The translations under genes were made by a program, and so were the position numbers. From Octopus sinensis (taxonomy: Eukaryota), in contig NC_043006.1 in NCBI RefSeq assembly GCF_006345805.1, positions 63,922,001 to 63,986,000 on the forward strand: a stretch of 64,000 bases of DNA, in the 5' to 3' direction. The notes below the pieces were generated by a model, which searched no databases, was not told where the DNA came from, and was given only the letters and a program-made list of their open reading frames with translations. This document shows, in pieces, positions 49,001 to 62,839 of this stretch; position 1 is the stretch's first letter; each line of letters opens with the position of its first letter.

Positions 49001-49289
49001 GAGTTTCTTATTCATATGTTCAACCTAGTCATACTGGGTCTGATTGGGAATTTTACATTAAGTGTGTGACCGAGTGGTAAAGGAACTTGCTTCCCAACTA
49101 TTTGGTCTTAGGTTCAATCCCACTGTGTGGCACCTTGGGCAAGTCTCTTCTGCTATAATTGCAGGCCAACCAAAGCCTTGTGAATTTGGTAGGCAGGGCA
49201 GAAACTTATAAAAATCTGTCATGTGTGTTTGTGTGAACCCTTGACTAGACATCACGTGATGGTTGTGAAATAAACATCACCGTCATAAT

Positions 49290-49585
49290 GGAGGCACATG
49301 GCCTAGTAGTTAGAGCAGCGGACTCGCGGTCGAGGGATTGCGGGTTTGAATCTCAGACTGGGCGATGTGTGTGTTTATGAGCGAAACACCTAAGCTCCAC
49401 GCAGCTCCGGTAGAAGGTAATGGCAAACTTCTGCTGACTCTTTCACCACAACTTTCTCTCACTCTTTCCTCCTGCATCTTGCAGCTCACCTGCGACAGAC
49501 CGGCGTCCCGTCCAGGTGGGGAACCTATACGCCAAGGAAACCGGGAAACTGGCCCTTATGAGCCAGGCATGGCTCGAGAAGGAAC
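49290..49585 (+). mobile_element. tRNA-headed SINE with CTGCGACAGACCGGCGTCCCGTCCAGG core (partial inverted copy at 15572-15730)
   Basis: A box TGGCCTAGTAG, B box GGTTTGAATC; relatively CpG-rich. Confidence 0.75.
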
Positions 49586-49976
49586 ATCACCATCATACAA
49601 GTGATGTTGTTTCCAGTCTTCAATGAGAATATTAACTTAGAGATGCTTGAGGATTGGCGAGTGGAAAGGCATCTAACTGAAAAATCTGCTACAAGAAATT
49701 CTGCCTTGATTCATGCAAGCCTGGAAAATTGGATGTTAAATTATGATATCTGGAATACTCAGGCACATAATAACTCACTGAGTAGCTATTTTTGTTGCTT
49801 AAACAACCAAAAACTTATCGCAATCAACGGGACATTTATGTAACATTAATTGAATGTAAGGTGTTACTGTGGAGGTCTCTTTGTGTGTGTGTGTGGGTTT
49901 TTATATGAAAGAAGTTAACTCCCTTGCGTTATTTGGTACGCTTGACCTCTAATCTCTGACATTTCTTCTTGTTCAG

Positions 49977-50180
49977 GTCATCAACTTCTATATGTGTATG
50001 CTGATGGAACGCAGTAATGAACCTGGTTTCTCAAAAGTCTATGCATTCAACACGTTCTTTTACCCAAAACTGTTATCCAGCAAATATGAAGGTGTACGAC
50101 GGTGGACGAGAAAAGTAGATATCTTTGCACACAAATACCTGATTATACCTATACACTTGGAGATGCACTGGTGTCTTGCT
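49977..50180 (+). CDS. SENP1: SENP exon 13 (catalytic His)
   Basis: TTCAG|[13 protein letters not shown]...[10 protein letters not shown]...[11 protein letters not shown]...[11 protein letters not shown]|GTAAGT. Confidence 0.97.
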
Positions 50181-51251
50181 GTAAGTACACTTCTCGCGCT
50201 TACCTCCCTTTAAATACTTGTCTTCAATCTACATGATTGCTCGACCTGCTAGAAATAACAGCCAAATGAATCTCCCTCTGATAACATGCTACCATCTTAA
50301 AAAAAAGGAAGGATACTTCTCAAGACTGGAATGCCTTTACTCATTGGTCTGTTCGTTTAGGACTGATCTATGGCTACTGTGCCTCCCCTCCACTATTTTC
50401 TGAAAAAGTTTAATCTGCCTAAATCTTCTATTCCATTCTCATTCAAGATGAATATCTTCAGCAGTTACCTCTGAGGAACTTAACCTTTTTGTTAGGCCAG
50501 GAAGGGTCTCTATTCGTCTTCACCATCATTTTATGTTCATTTTAGCAATAGATGCAGGTATGGCTGTGTGGTAATAATTTTGAATTCCACTGAGGTCTCA
50601 CTTTGCTCTGCATCCTTTCTGGATCGGTCAAACAAGTACCGGTTGAGTATTGGGCGATGGGGGCGATGAAAACATACCAAGACTGAGCCCAGAGCTCAGT
50701 GTAGCTTTGCAGTTTGCCAAACTATCTTACCCATGCCAGAAAACAGAAAACAAACATTAAATGGTGATTGCCTGTGAATAGATATATGAATGCTGAGTTG
50801 CTCAGACAACAGAGTACTCACCATTGAAACCAGCAGAGATCCATTTCATTTGGCGATGATGTAAGCTCAGTTTTACCAACATTCTCTTTAGCTGCAAATA
50901 GTTGCCTAGGTTTTCATCATCATTTGACGTGTGCTGAGCAGGGCTGGTAAGCTGAGGGGCTGCACCAGACTCCATTCTGATTTGGCATGGTTTCTACAGC
51001 TGGATGCCCTTCCTAATGCCAATCACTTCAAGAGTATAATGGGTGCTTTTATATGCCACCGGCACGGGTGCCAGTTACGTGAACTATACTTAATGTTAGC
51101 TCATCATATCATCTCTGAACAAGAATGTTAGCTTACTTTTTGTAATGTCTGTTCAGTTGTAGATATTTGTCTTGTTTTCAGCTATGCATAATGTTAAAAC
51201 AGTCTTACTGACATCAATAATTATCTCCACAAACACCTATTAATGTTTCAG

Positions 51252-51331
51252 GTTGTGAACTTCTCTCAGAAGACCATTTGTTATTATGATTCTATTGGTG
51301 GCAAAAATACTCAGTGCCTAGAGACAATTAA
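51252..51331 (+). CDS. SENP1: SENP exon 14 (catalytic Asp)
   Basis: TTTCAG|VVNFSQKTICYYDSIGGKNTQCLETI AA|GTAAGT. Confidence 0.95.
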
Positions 51332-52824
51332 GTAAGTCTGTCTCCTTTTCTTATCTTATGTTGCATGTGTTTTATCTGCAGGTGTGGGTGTACAAGGGAA
51401 GGGTTGAACCATCTACTTGTTTTCAGGAACAGGGTATCTAGGGCTACACAAATCAGTGTGTCTTCCTTATTTTTAAAATGAGCATTGGGCATTCCTTTCA
51501 AGCGTTGGACCTCACAGAGGCAAAGTGGCTGAGTTCCTTTTGGGCGTTGAGCATCATGGAGGCAAAGACCAAGGCCTTTGGCATTATGTCGTGCTTTGAG
51601 AAGACTCATCAAGCTGAGCAAAATCGCAGTCATGACAGGTACCGGTGTCATGCAAATGGCACCTGTGCTGGTGGCATGTAAAACCACATATCTACACTCT
51701 CAGAGTGGTTGGTGTTAGGAAGGGCATCCAGCTGTAGAAACTTTGCCAGATCAGACTAGAGTCTGGTGCAGCCTTCCAGCGTGCTTGCCCAGTCAAACTG
51801 TCCAACCCATGCCAGTATGGACAATGGATGTTAAATGACGATGATGAGTTAGGGACAGGCTTGGCAATGTTTTTAAGAAGTTTACTTCCCAACAACATGG
51901 GTTTGGGTTCAGTGACGCTAATGCACCTTGGGACTACTATAGCCCCAGGCCAACCCAGCCTTGTGTGTGGATTTGGTAGATGGAAACTAAAAGAAGCCCA
52001 TTATGTGCATGTTTTTCATTTGTCATCACATGATAATTATAAACAAGTGTTCCTGTTATGCAAGTGATGTCCTTTCCTTGTCATCGTTTAGCGTCTGCTT
52101 TCCATGCTGGCATGGGTTGGACAGTTTGACTGGAACTGGTTTTCCATAGTTTCTATGGCTGGATGCCCTTCCTAACGCCAATTACTCCAAGAGTGTAATG
52201 GGTACTTTTGTGTGTGACTGGTACAAGTGTCATTTGTATGTAACTAGCAACCACAACTATGATTTCACAGGTGCCATATGTTTGCAGTTTTCCATGAAAA
52301 CATGTCTGGCCATGGGGAAATGTTACTTTACTTGGATACGAATAAGCATTGGCAACAGGAAGGGCATCTGGTCATAGAAAATTTATCTCGACAGATCCAG
52401 TTTGGCCCATTAGGCATGGGTGCTAAGAAGTGGTAATACAACACGTAAATGTTGATTTCAAATCTCTTCTATAAATTACAAGAGATCTAATTAAAAAATT
52501 TTAAAGGCAGTGCTCCAGCATAGCCACAGTCAAACGACTGAAACAAGTAAAAGAGTATCCATTTTCCATGCTGGTATGGGTTGCAAAATTTTGACAGGGA
52601 GCTATCAAGCCAGAAGACGGTGCTAAGCCCTTCTGTCTATATCAGCATGGATTCTACAGCTGGCTACCATGTTAAATGATGTTTAAGGTAATCAAAATTA
52701 CATTTGTGTTAGGGTACCCAGAATTAATTGCAATTATGGTAGGGTACCTGGGTACTAAATACAGTTAATCTTTTATTCAGCTGTGAAAACCCACAATAAA
52801 TTATATTTATTTTTTTATTTCTAG

Positions 52825-52903
52825 AAATTATTTATGTGAAGAAAGTTTAGACAAGAAGATTGTACCTTTTGATCTAAATGGTTGGACAACAATAACCGTG
52901 AAG
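52825..52903 (+). CDS. SENP1: SENP exon 15
   Basis: TTCTAG|A NYLCEESLDKKIVPFDLNGWTTITVK|GTAAGT. Confidence 0.95.
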
Positions 52904-55196
52904 GTAAGTTTTAGGGGTTCCTTATGTGTACGATATATGTATAGCTTTGGTTTCAGGTTCAGTCCCTTTACTCTGCTGTGGCTTCTTGGGCAAGTGTTTT
53001 CTTCTACAAGCCCAGGGCAAGTGGTTCCTAGTGGATGAATTTGGTACATAGAAACTGTGAGAAAGCCCAGTTATCATCATCATCGTTTAACATCAACTTT
53101 TCAGGCTAGCATGGGTTGGACGGTTTGACTGAGGACTGGCAAGCCATGAGGCTGCATCGGGCTCCAATCTGATCTGGCAAAGTTTCTACAGTTGGATACC
53201 CTTCCTAATGCCAACCACTCCAAGAGTTCTTTTTGCATGCCACTGTGACAGGAGCCAGTCAGGTGGCACTGACATTGACCATCCTTGAATGTATAAAATT
53301 ATGTGTATGTATATGTCTTTGTTTCTGCCCACCACTTGAAAATAGGTGTTGGTTTATTTACATCCCTTGAACTTAGTGTTTACAACAAAAGCGACAGAAC
53401 AAGTACCAGACTAAAAGAACTAAGTATTAGGGTTTGATTTGTTGAACCAAACCCTTCAATGTGATGCCCCAGCATAGCCACAGTCCAATGACTGAAAAAA
53501 GTCAAAAGATAAATTAGCAATTCCAGAATTAGGGATCTCGCCCAACATGAACGAGCATTGTTATTGTTTAACCTCGAAGGTAGCTCCGATCTAGTAAACC
53601 TATGATTAAAAGCATTCCAGCCATGACCATCCCAACTTCATAACGGTATGTAGGACTACATTGTTTAGTGCCTTTTTTCTTAAATTACAGATGAGTATTA
53701 TTTGGCTGTTGTTTCTCATAGGTCAAGTGTCCTTGTTGAGACTATTTTGTTCTCTGTACAACAATGAATGTAGCTAGAACAGAACTTCCAATATGTATGC
53801 ATGTATGTAATACATGTGTAGCAGGGCTGTATGGCAAGAAGTTTGCTTCTCAACCACGTGGCTGCAGGTTCAGTCCCACTGCATGGCACCTTGTGCAAGT
53901 GTGTACTGTAACCTCAGACTGACAAAAACCTTGAGTGGATTTAGTTGATGGAAACTGAAAGAAACCTGTAGTGTGTGAGAGGGCACTTAGCTTAGTGGTT
54001 AGGGTGTTCCCCTCATGCTCTAGCAATCATCATTTCAATTCCCAGACTGGGCGGTGCATTTGGCTGTTGTGCAAAACACTTCATCCCATGTTGCTTTGTG
54101 ATCACTTCGATACCTGATGTGTGGCACACAATGCACCCGTTCAGACAACGTTGATTTCATGGAGAGAGAGAGTGAGTGAGTGAGTGAGCCAATGTGTGGC
54201 ATGGGCATTTCATCACGATATACAAAGCATTTGTGCAGGTCGTTTGGCAAAAGCTGAATGCTCATACATCATCTTCAACAGGAGAGTCCATCATACATTA
54301 TATATATATGTGTGTGTATATCTATGTATGCATTGTCTTTGTTCCCCACTGCTGCTTGACAACCAACTGGTATGAGTGTTTACGTCCCCATAACTTAGCA
54401 GTTTGGCAAAAGAGACTGATACAGTAAGTACCAGGCTTACAAAAAAAAGTCTTGGGGTTGATTCAGTCAACTAAAAATTCCTCAAGACTATGCTCCAGCA
54501 TGGCCACAGTCTAATGACTGAAACCAGTAAAAAGATAGATATGTATCATACTCAATGTATACACACACTTGCTAGTTCAAATTTCTACTCAGCCAGACAG
54601 ATACTTGCAACTGCAGTGAATGCTTTATACATTGTTTCCTATATTAAAGGCAAAAATTCTAACATGCATCTGGTGCTCTCACTGGGACAAATTTTCGTCT
54701 TTCCCTCTTATTTATATCTTTTCGTGTTTTTAACACAGCAAACCGTAAGTGACGTTATTGCTGGACAAATACTGCAGTAACTGGCCTGTCAACAGTGTAT
54801 ATACATTAAATATGATATACAGGTGGCTATTTCAATTAAATACAGCCTCAGTTGTATATGCCATATTATTAGATTGGAGCCGGGTGCAGCCATCTGGTTT
54901 GCCAGTCCTCGGTCAAATCGTCCAACCCATGCCAGCATGGAAAGCAGACGTTAAATGATGATGATGCTAAGGTGCTTCAAACTGACAGTGGGGACCATCT
55001 TGAAGTGAGACTAAGGATTCTCAGTTCAAATTTCACCAAAAACTCTCTCTCTTTTATCTATCTTAGGACAGTGGTGGGAGCTGTGTTAAAACATGTATCA
55101 GTTACACACTGGAGGTTTTCATCCGATTATTGCTCTTTCTCCTTAAAATGTCATGTCAGTATTATTGTTCATTGTGTTCCTTTCTTTTATTTCCAG

Positions 55197-55292
55197 AACA
55201 TTCCATATCAGATGAATGGTAGCGATTGTGGGATGTTTGCTTGTAAATATGCTGATTATATTACTCGAGAGCTTCCTATCACCTTTACACAG
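55197..55292 (+). CDS. SENP1: SENP exon 16 (oxyanion Gln, catalytic Cys)
   Basis: TTCCAG|[32 protein letters not shown]|GTCAGT. Confidence 0.97.
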
Positions 55293-56410
55293 GTCAGTAT
55301 TATTGTTGTTATTCTTTATTAAGGCGGCAAACTGGCAGAATAGCAGCATCTTGTCCATCTTTGTGTTCAAATTCTACCAAGGTCGACTTTACCATTCAAC
55401 TTATCTGCGGCTTTGTGCAAGAATTTGAAACCATTCTAATTTGTAGTATTATGTTGCAAAGATTTAGAAACTCTAAGGGACACGAAACAAATTGTTAATG
55501 GCAGAACTCAAAAGATGAAGCTGTAAATTGTGAAAAAAATAACCTGGATGGAAAAAAGCTGAAGGCTACCCATGATTTTCCTATTTTTTCCATCCAAGGA
55601 ATTTTTAAACTAATATTTATGTGCTGGTGGCACATAAAAAGCACCAACTGAGCATGGTTCATGCCAATGCCATCTGACTGGTACTCGTGACAGTGGTACG
55701 TGAAAAGGCATCATTTGAGCATGGTCAATGCCAGTGCCGCCTGACTGGTGGCATGTAAAAAATCACCATTTGAGCATGGTCAGTACCAGTGCCACCTGAC
55801 TAGCTTCTGTGCCCACTACACTGTAGGAGTAGTTGGCATTAGGAAGGCCATCCAGCTGTAGAAAGCTTGCCGAATCAGATCGGAGCCTAGTGCAAAATCC
55901 TGGCTTGCCAGTCCTCAAACCGTCCAACCCATGCCAGCATGGAAAGCGGACGTTAAACAACAACAATGATGATGATGATTTACATGCTATTATTTATAAC
56001 TTTGTTTTGAGTTCTGCCATTGTATATATCATTAAAAGTTTAGAAACTTTGAAAGACATAAAATAAATTATTTACATTTGATGGATATTTGTCCTCATCT
56101 TGTTTGTTAACACATTTCAGCTGATATACTCTCCAGCCTTCATCAGGTGTCTTGGGGAAATTTCGAATCTGGGTTCTCATTCCTAAGGTATTTTTCGATA
56201 TTATATTATTATTATTCAGGTCACTGCTTGGAATTGAACTCAGAATCTTGGGGTTAGCAGCCCATGCTCTTAACCACTAAGTCATATGCCAGTCAGGCGG
56301 CTTTGGCATCAGCCGTGACTGATTTTTTTTACTCAACTCAATAGGTCTTCTCAAGCACAGCACATTGTCCGAGAAACATGATGGTGATCTCTCTTTTTCT
56401 TTCATTCTAG

Positions 56411-56476
56411 GCTGACATGCCAACCTTCCGGAGACTGATGGTGTATGAAATTCTAAAGAAGAAGTTACTCACTTAA
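56411..56476 (+). CDS. SENP1: SENP exon 17 (terminal)
   Basis: TTCTAG|ADMPTFRRLMVYEILKKKLLT TAA; ATTAAA follows near 56494. The 17 exons sum to 2037 nt (678 aa plus stop). Confidence 0.95.
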   Translation, partial: ADMPTFRRLMVYEILKKKLLT

Positions 56477-59400
56477 ACTCTAGGACAATCAAAATTAAAC
56501 TGTTTTTGCTCTTGTGGTTGTTGTCAAAGCTGTAAAAAAATCTAAAGCTTTACCAAGTGTCATCATCATCATCATTACCATCATCAACAGTTTTTCTCTA
56601 TTCTGTAACATAACTATAATTCTTACCTCTTTGGCAAAGCCATAAATGGCACTGCATTATATTGTAATATACGTCACATGCTCACCTTCTTCCCTTCATA
56701 TTTTGCAAAGAAAGACAAAAAAAAAAAAAAAATCTGAATTAAAAGAAGTTTGTTTCTTTTCTCAATCATTTCTATCTCTGACCTTTATTATTTTTTTTCT
56801 GCCAGTCTTGTCACTTACTAAAATCATCCCTTTGTGACTCAGGTCAGGTTTTTGTAAATAGGGGCAGCGGGGAAGAGAAAGATAGCCATGTTTATTCTCC
56901 TGCTTCTCTCAGTATGCACGGTTGAATACAAATATTTATATTTCTCAAGAGTTCAGTTTGGATACAGTAAATGTTTATAGAGTGTATTATTGTATCAGCC
57001 CATCATGGTCTCCATAGGCACAGGCATGGCTGTGTGGCATCAAGCTTGCTTTCCAGTTAGATGCTGCTGGGTTCAGTGTTGGGCAAGTGTCTTCTACTAT
57101 AGCCTCATGCCAACCCAAGGCCTGCAAATTGATTTGGTGGATAGAAACAGAAAAAAAGCTGGTCATATGTATATATACCTATGTGTCTGTCCCCTACTAC
57201 CATGACAACTGGTGCTGGTTTGTTTACATCCCCCATAACTCAGCAATTCGGCAAAAGAAACCTGTAGAATAAGTATGAAGCTTAAAAAAAAAAGTACTGA
57301 GGTTGATTTGTTTGACTAAAAAATCAAGGTGATGCCCCAGCATGGCCAGTCTGATGACTGGAACAATTGTAAAAGCTATTTGTAGAGTGCTAATCTTTAT
57401 CATAAATTTGAGGGGTGCAGAAACAACAGAACACTCAAAACCTTTGCTGTTTGACTCCTTACTCCAAGCATTGTTGTATTAGGAAAGTTTTCTTTTAAGA
57501 TTAGATTTTCCTTCAAAACCAACCTCCAGGTGTAGACATAGTTGTGTGGAAATGGACGTTTACTTTGTAACCAGATGGCTTAGGGTTCTGTCACACTCTG
57601 TGGAACTGGTAAAGGGAAACTGTATGGAAGCCTGTTTGTATATTTATGTTCACTTAGCACATCATTTAATGTCCCCTTTTCTATGTTGACAAGCACCAAT
57701 GAACCACGGGACTGTGCCAACTACTTTACAGTGTGCTGACATTAGTGTGTAGTCACTCTGTCACTTGCAAAACCCTTCAACTGTGAGGGAGAATAGAAGA
57801 CAGGACCAGATGGTTGGGAAGCAAGCTTCCTAACCACACAGTCACAATGTATAACTCAAAATAAGTTCCACTCAGAATCACTGCTGTATACAAATACCAA
57901 TGAACTGTGATTAATACTACCAAGTTCTAACTCACCAGTTGAGGTATCACTTGTTATAATGGTTGAATGCTGAAGCAGGAACAGAAATGCACAACACCAA
58001 ATGCAACTAATTCTGATAAGAGGAAACATTTACAAGTCAAGAACTTTCTAGTATAGGCATATCATTAAGGAAAAGACTTTCCCTTTCCTTGGCAACTCTT
58101 TCAGTAACATACATTGAACTTCCCTATGAAAATATCTACAGTTGAGGTTTACATCTATAATTTATATCCAGAGGCTGTTCCCTCTTTTGTAAGCTTGTAA
58201 CAATTTTACAGCAATACAACCACATAGTGTGTGTGTGTGGATATATATATATATCATCATTTAACGTCTGCTTTCCGTGCTGGCATGGGTCGGACAGTTT
58301 GACTGAGGACTGGTGAGTCAGAGGCTGCATCAAGCTCATTGTGATCAGGCAAAGTTTCCACAGCTCGATGCCCTTCCTAATGCCAACCACTCCGAGAATG
58401 TTGCGGGTGCTTTTACGTGCCACCAGCATGAGGGCCAGTCAGGCAGTTCTGGCAACGACTACGCTCACGCTGAAAAAGTGTTTTTATGTGTTACCTGCAT
58501 GGGAGCCAATATGTGACCCTAGGAACAATTACATTCAGATGGTTTTCATGTGTCACTGGCACGAGTGCCAATCAGGTAGTGCTGTCCCCGGCCATGTCAC
58601 AGAAATAAACACACATAAACAAGAATTAAGATGGTAATCAGTTGCAATGGTGGCCAGTAAGTGTTGGAAAACTGACCAACTGAAATAATATAATTATTTA
58701 GCATAGAAAAACAACCTTCAGTAGTAACATAATATAAGCAGAATCAGATGTTAAGATAGCTGCAGAGAAACTTCTATGCATTGGTTGAATCCATCTTGCT
58801 TTATGGCTCTAAGATTTGAAACTATGATGGATGACTCTTGCACTGTTCTGAAAAAAAAAAAAAAGGACCATTGTACTAAAGACAATGGACAAAGTGGTAA
58901 GAAAGGATCTTCAGATGTTGGGCCTCACAGAGGGGATGACAAAGGAGCGAAATTTCTGGTAGTTTGTGGTATCTGAGTAGACATGTGAAGCTCAGTAAAA
59001 TTGTAGTTGTCCTTGCATAGAGTAATGTCCCCTACATACTTCTTCAGCTGAGCAATCCCAATTTCGTGGGCTCATGGGTGCTGGTGCCATGTAAAAGCAC
59101 CCAAGTATACTATGTAAAGTGGTTGGCTGCAGGAACTCTGCGAAAATAGACATGGAACCTGAGCAGCTGCCACTGCACCATTCCAGTAGAGAAAGAATAA
59201 TTTGCTTTGCTGAACACTGGCGAAGGAGTAAAAAGCTGGTTAATGACACCCTACTTTGGACACATGCCCCATGGTTGCCTTGCAAAGATGTATTTTTGAT
59301 AAATTGGAAACATTGGATGTGACTGAGAACAACAGACCTCACAAGCCATGGAAGACAGACAAAAGCTGGAGGATCAGTCATGTGAACCCAGGCAAGCTTC

Positions 59401-60314
59401 ATACGATAATGGTGATATATATATACACACACACATATATATATTATGGTATTGACCAGACTATAAAATGTTATACATCGCTGGTCACAAATGACGTCGT
59501 CCTGTTGGCTGGGCAAAGCAGGCCAACATTCCTTGATCAGAAGGCAAGTCTGTCACAAGGTTACCCATTTATAGCCAAGTGGACTGGAGCAATATGAAAT
59601 GAAACCCCGATCTCACAAGTGTGAATGCAAAACACTTAACCACTAGGCCGTACACCTCTCACGCACGCAAAATTCTACAGTATTTGATGACATATAAGAT
59701 GCACTTTTAGTCCTAAAATATTTCTCAAACAAATCACTCTGGGTCCCATGTCTAAAGTTGGACCCCACACACCAATTTTGTTTCCGATGTTCACTTTCTG
59801 CTGAATATGCACAGTTGGAATTGAGGTGTGTCTGATACATGCATCTTCTATGCCATCAAATACACTATACATATGAATCCTGATCCTAGATACAGGTTGT
59901 TTGTTGCTTGTTGAATACAATGAGCTAAAGAGAGAGAGAGTAGAAAGCGGAAAGCCTCCCTTCTCTAGCTTCCGTTTCTTTTCATGTTATATTAGCAGGG
60001 GAGGAAAACTTAAAATCTGAGAGATAAGAGATTTCCTTTAAAGAAGAACAACAGCAGATACATATCAAACAGGGTAGAAAAGATATAAAAAAGATAACAG
60101 TTGGCATACATTCACACATACACACATGCTAGCCTTTGAACTATTTTAAAAAAAATTGTTTAATACTCCTTTTCAATTCATTAATTAACAGTGGCGATAG
60201 TTTAATTTTTTTTAAACATATTTTTCATTTTCAAATCATTGCATCTTTATTTCAATTTTTTTCTACTTAAAAATATAGTCAGGATGGATGTTTTTTTTTT
60301 CTGTAGTCTTCACT

Positions 60315-60836
60315 ATATATACATACATTATATATATATATATATTAATATATAATTATATATACATATATATTAATATATAATTATATACACATTTATA
60401 TATAATTATATACATATTTATATATAATTATATATACATATAAATATATAATTATATATACATATATGTAAATATATAAACAAATTTATACATATATGCA
60501 AATATATACACAAATTTATTTATATATATATTTATTTATATATATACACACAAATATGTAAATATATATATATATATATATACATACACACACACAGTAT
60601 TTTTTTGTCAGATTTTTTATGCCTTGTAGTTGTGGTTAATGAATGCATGTCACATACACATGATTAAATGGTGGGAAGGGAGAGATGTAGATGTAAGAAG
60701 GGGAAGAAAAGGAGTTCTATTGTATATTATCAGTATGGGGTGCATATGCACAGTTAGTAATTGTATGTGATATGTGTGTGTGTGTATTTATAGATATACA
60801 CACACCCTTGTATGTGTATATAAATATGCATGCATG

Positions 60837-60860
<24 letters not shown>
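60315..60860. repeat. AT-rich microsatellite tracts in the probable MSL1 3' UTR or downstream region
   Basis: Direct reading. Confidence 0.9.
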
Positions 60861-60868
<8 letters not shown>

Positions 60869-60975
60869 TACACCCACACACACACTTGTATTTCTATGTG
60901 GATATACGTATGTGAAAGAGTGTACGTCTGTGTGTGTGTGAGTGTGAGTGAGTGTGTGCGCTTGCAAGACAGGAA

Positions 60976-61081
60976 TCACTTGCGTTTCATCCGTCGATGT
61001 TTCAGCTGCCTGTTGTTATCGTCCGCATTCGAACTAGACGAGCTGGGCCACTCTCCCAGTTCCCATGGTAATTCAAAGTCA
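60976..61081 (-). CDS. MSL1: MSL1-like terminal coding exon
   Basis: Minus strand TTCTTTGCAG|T DFELPWELGEWPSSSSSNADDNNRQLKHRRMKRK TGA. It joins in phase (TC+T=Ser) and gives FELPW plus a basic tail, as in MSL1. Confidence 0.8.
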
Positions 61082-62766
61082 CTGCAAAGAAAGAAAGAAA
61101 GACAAAACCATGAGTAACAATCGACAAGGTTTTATTTAAATCAGGAATAGGGAAGCAGTCGCATCATCACCATCATTGTTTTAACAGTCGCTTCTCTATG
61201 CTTGCATGTGTTGAAGGAATTTTTTGAGGTGTATTTTCTATAGCTAGATGCCCTTCCTGTTGCCAACTCCACCTATTTCCAAATAAGGTAACATTTCTCC
61301 CAGATTAAATAAGTCCTATAAGATTTGAAATAAGGTACAGTACTTGCATAATCATGTCACATCGCTTACAACTATCATGTGATGTCAAAGCAAGGAAACA
61401 GTAACAAATACACACATATATAAAGCATTCAGTACACTCTGTAAAGTGGCCGGCATTAGGGAGGGACTTCAACTGTGGAAACCAGGGCTGTGGAATCGGA
61501 AACAATTAATGAGTGACTGGAGTCAGTAAAATAGATCACAATCACTTAGAGACATGTGGAGCCTGGTGCAGCTCTCCAGCCCTGCCAGCTCCTGTCAAAC
61601 AAATCCATGCTGGGGCTGATGTGGTAATATACATATGAGGGGCTTTCAGTTTCCAACATTCAAATGCCATTCACAAAGCTTTTGCTAGTCCAGGGTCAGA
61701 GAAGAAGATACTTTACCAACTTGCCACACAGTGGGACTGAACTTGAAACCATGTGGTTGGGAAGCACACCTCTTACCACACAGCCATACCTGCAACTCTT
61801 GTGCTCATCCCAAAGTGTGTCATCGTATTTATTCATAAGAATATGTGCTTCAGTTGGAACTGAACAGACAAATGTTTATTGTGTGAAGTAATTGTTGTCA
61901 TCACCGTCATCACTAACACCCACTTTGCCAGGCTTGCATGGGTTGGACGAAGTTAGTGGCCAGATGTCCTTCTTGCAGTTCCTGCCTACGAAACCTACTA
62001 AAAAGGCTTTGGTTGGCCCAAGCAAGAAAGTACAAGAACGCTTAGCCAATCACTATCTGTGTTAAGAGTCAACAAGGGAGACTACAGAGCCCTGTTACAT
62101 ATAGGGATCTCCCTCAGCCACACCCCTGTGTCTTACAATAACAGACCTACTGCCTATGTTTGTGGGAACTCGTCAGTTTCCACTTCTTGCCAAGGGAGGT
62201 AATAACCCCCCCCAGCTGATCAAACAGTCTGAGATGTGTTTTTGTGATGGACGTGTGACAGCAAAGCCCTTTTTACCTTTTTTAACTTATTTCAAGCATT
62301 AGAATGCAGCCATGCTGGGGTAATACCATGAAGAAGTTTTAGCCAAGTACTTTACTTGTTTTTTCAAGCCTGGTACTTATTATATCAGTCTCTTTTGCTG
62401 AACTGCTAAGTACAGGGATGTTACTACACCAAAACCAAGTGGTAATGGGGGACAAACACAGACACACACACACATACATATGATGGACTTCTTTCAGCTT
62501 CCGTTTAGCCACTCACAACAAGGCTTTAGTTGGCCTGAGGCTACAGGAAAAGACACTTGCCCAAGGTTCCACACAGTAAGACCAAACTTGGAACCATGTG
62601 GTTGGGAAGCAAACTTCTTACCACACAGCCATGCCTGTGCCATTGTTTACAATCAGCACAAGAAGACATGTAAACAAAGAAATATGAACTCATTCACACA
62701 CACACAAATGAATATAACAAAAGAGAAAATTCACCCCACCCCGCCAAAAAAGGCCAAGTTACTTAC

Positions 62767-62839
62767 GAAGGCTTTATGTAAGGAATCGGTTGACCGAAGG
62801 CAGTTACTGGTACTTTGTCTGCAATCTCTAAATGTGTGA
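62767..62839 (-). CDS. MSL1: MSL1-like (PEHE-region C-terminus), penultimate coding exon
   Basis: Minus strand CTCTCTAG|TC THLEIADKVPVTAFGQPIPYIKP TC|GTAAGT; matches recalled human MSL1 LPVVAFGRPLPKLTP. Confidence 0.8.

Noticed and set aside
55197-55292. Catalytically altered SENP (PYQ instead of PQQ)
   Set aside because: The oxyanion Gln six residues before the catalytic Cys, and His, Asp and both Trp residues, are all present. The change is at the adjacent position.
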